Shown here piece by piece: positions 53,588-56,194 of a stretch of 56,194 nt of DNA. Each line of letters opens with the position of its first letter. The first letter of the stretch is position 1. Below the pieces are notes generated by a model. The model was given only the letters and a program-made list of their open reading frames with translations. It ran no database searches and was not told where the DNA came from. This stretch comes from Octopus bimaculoides (Eukaryota). The translations under genes were made by a program, and so were the position numbers. The stretch spans positions 65,839,270-65,895,463 of the forward strand of contig NC_068992.1 in assembly GCF_001194135.2 (NCBI RefSeq), in the 5' to 3' direction.

Positions 53588-54912
53588 CAACCTATTGGCA
53601 ATGAAATTAACGTCTAAGATTTCTCAAGAATATACAAAAAGGGAAAACAATATTTATAAAAGATATCTCCGATATTGTATAAAACCGTATGCTGCAGAAA
53701 AGTGTATTCTTTAGACAGGATTTCGCTCGAATCAATAAAGACTTCCTCTTCGATTCATAAATAATCCGTTACCGCGAGATATATTAATGACGTAATAATC
53801 AGTTCTTTAAGAATCCGTTACAATGAAGCATATTAATAACTAAGTGAATAGATTAACTTGAGGTAATAGAGTGGTTTTAGAGTCAAACTGCCCTAAATTT
53901 CTCATTGTATGCAAAACTATCTGAAGAAACATGTGATAACATTTGAAGACGTGCAGAACAAGAACGCGAGATACAGATTTTGATGCGTGAAAAATAGGAA
54001 AAAACATTTAACAATAATCGAGAAGAGTTAGGATGGTTTACCTTTAGGTTAAAAAAACATAAATACTTGAAGGATGTCAGTTAAATGCTAATTACACCTG
54101 TTTCCTGATGTCGTAGGTTTTAAAAAAAAGAAATCTAGAATTTTCACCATACATTCTTGAAAACGAAGTTTACATTTTTCATAAACCAATTTTGATTCTA
54201 GGGGAGTGTTAAAATAAATAACACTCCCCTAGAGCCCTCACCAAATTCTGGGCCTCAATATGTCCTTCAACACAAGCACGCCCTTAACATAACTAAAATC
54301 ACATTCTAAAGGACTGACCCATCTTTTCAGAGCCAGAGATTACTTCGATCACAAACAGATTTTGACACTCTAAAGTGCTCATGTGACCTACAAGGGAATA
54401 TTATTCTCACAGCTAGGACGGTGCAACTGCACACAGACATCCAGAAAACGGCTGCTGAACTGACTGGAATTTAATCATTAACAGACACGTTCTAGCCTCT
54501 GGCCCACAACTGTCATCTTTCTGTCTCTGTCTATTCCTAACTATCTCTTTCTCTCTCTGTCTTTTCTATCGCAACTCTAATGACCTCTGTTCCTCAAAGC
54601 TGGATTGTCTCGTATATCCTTCACCCATGTACCGACGACCAACTTATCTTCCCAGTTCACCAAATAAAATATCAAAACTTTTTTTCTGTCACATAACTCT
54701 GTACATGAACAGTATGGTGTGTTTACTTTAATGGCCTACCAATGTATGCAATTGAGGTTCTTTGCCCTAGGTGTTGGGAAGACAATCAGCAAGAAATGGA
54801 AACAAAATTGAAAGAAGATAATAATAATAACAATATCAATACTATTCCTAACAGTGATGATAATGACGATAGCGATGATGATTTCTGTAAAAGAAATCAT
54901 TTTCATTACTGC

Positions 54913-54954
54913 CATCATCGTCGTTGTCATCGTCGTTGTCATCGTCGTTGTCAT
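54913..54954. repeat. 12-bp tandem repeat (CATCGTCGTTGT)x3
   Basis: Directly visible. Confidence 0.8.
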
Positions 54955-55279
54955 GATAACGGGGAATATCCTCCACCCCACCCCCCGCCATGTACTACAT
55001 CATACACCATGTCTACAAGGCAGCCAGAGGCAGAGTTATATTTTTATCATTTGACGCTTTTTATCTGATCGCCATTTTTATTTCTATTCTAACTGGAATT
55101 CCACCAACGATTGGCTGATTCTACACAAGAATGTCTTGCTACAGTTTTATCAATTCTAATTCTGCTCCACGTTGTGACACATTTAGAAGATAAATTACAC
55201 TTTTTGTTATTCCCAGTGGAACTATTTATACGGCTTTTATATGTCTCAAACCACACTTACAGGAAATTATTATCGTCAA

Positions 55280-55341
<62 letters not shown>

Positions 55342-55374
55342 CCATCATTATCATCTTTATTATTATTATTATGA

Positions 55375-55425
55375 AGGCGGTGAGCTGGCAGAAACGATAG
55401 CACGCCGGGCGAAATACTTAGCGAT
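55375..55425 (+). mobile_element. SINE 5' fragment
   Basis: AGGCGGTGAGCTGGCAGAAACGATAGCACGCCGGGCGAAATACTTAGCG matches the head of 49075 and the reverse complement of 7994. Confidence 0.7.
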
Positions 55426-55443
55426 AGAGATATACAAACATAC

Positions 55444-55494
<51 letters not shown>

Positions 55495-55495
55495 G

Positions 55496-55529
<34 letters not shown>

Positions 55530-56194
55530 GTAGGTAGGTAGGTAGGTAGGTAGGTAGGTAGGTAGGTAGGTAGGTAGGTGCCATAAATCTGGTGATGTTT
55601 TAAAAGCCCAGGAAACTTTAAGTAATGTGCAGCTGCGCCAACTGGATGTGTCAGTGCTACTGTTTTCATTTGTTCAACCATTCGTATATGTGTGTGTGCG
55701 TGTGTGTGTGTGTGTGTGTGCGCGTGCGTGTGTGTGTGTGTGTACATATATATATATATTTACTCGAAACTATTTTAGAGATAAGCTTGCCATGGAACCA
55801 GGCAGCTGGCGTTATTGTCTTGTAATTATGTATCAAGATTTTTCCAATATTTCAAAGAGACAGGAAAAATATATGAAAATAAAATATTGTATTCCACAAA
55901 GTTATATAACTATTTTCTAAGACACTGTGTGGAAAATGTTAGTATATACACACATAGATAGATAGATACATGCATACATACATATATGTGTGTGTATACA
56001 TACATATATGTACGTGTGTATGCATGCATGTATGTATGTATTCTGACCCACAGCGTGGAGGTTCTATTGTTGACTCATTGCAGATGTTAGAGCCAGATAG
56101 ACGAGGAACGACAAAAGAAAAAAAGGAAATTTCCTCTCTCTCTCTCTCTCTCCCTCTTTCACACTCACACATCTATATATATATATATATATAT

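Overview
Eukaryotic, AT-rich, microsatellite-saturated DNA with 12 N-gaps, almost all flanked by (TA)n. The dispersed repeats look like the tRNA-derived SINE families typical of Octopus genomes (recognised from memory, not by search), so this is most likely intronic/intergenic octopus sequence from a short-read scaffold. Nearly all ORFs in the supplied track are simple-repeat or N-gap artefacts. There is no CRISPR array, prokaryotic system or complete recognisable gene. The only confidently identifiable protein homology is a ~170-codon intronless, truncated Exportin-6 (XPO6) fragment at ~22.1-22.6 kb, probably a retro-/pseudogene. The most interesting signal is a set of hammerhead-ribozyme motifs inside short dispersed repeats of the Penelope-like/retrozyme type. 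One is a near-canonical type I hammerhead (50496-50568, +). One is a minimal type I hammerhead with a compensatory G3-C8 core swap (32041-32091, -). Two are copies of a variant with U at the normally invariant A6 (39629-39663 +, 44383-44418 -). Also present are several SINEs (two with clean TSDs), a hAT MITE with an 8-bp TSD, a Tigger/pogo-like MITE, perfect short palindromes, and a speculative chain of phase-compatible short exons from an unidentified plus-strand transcript.
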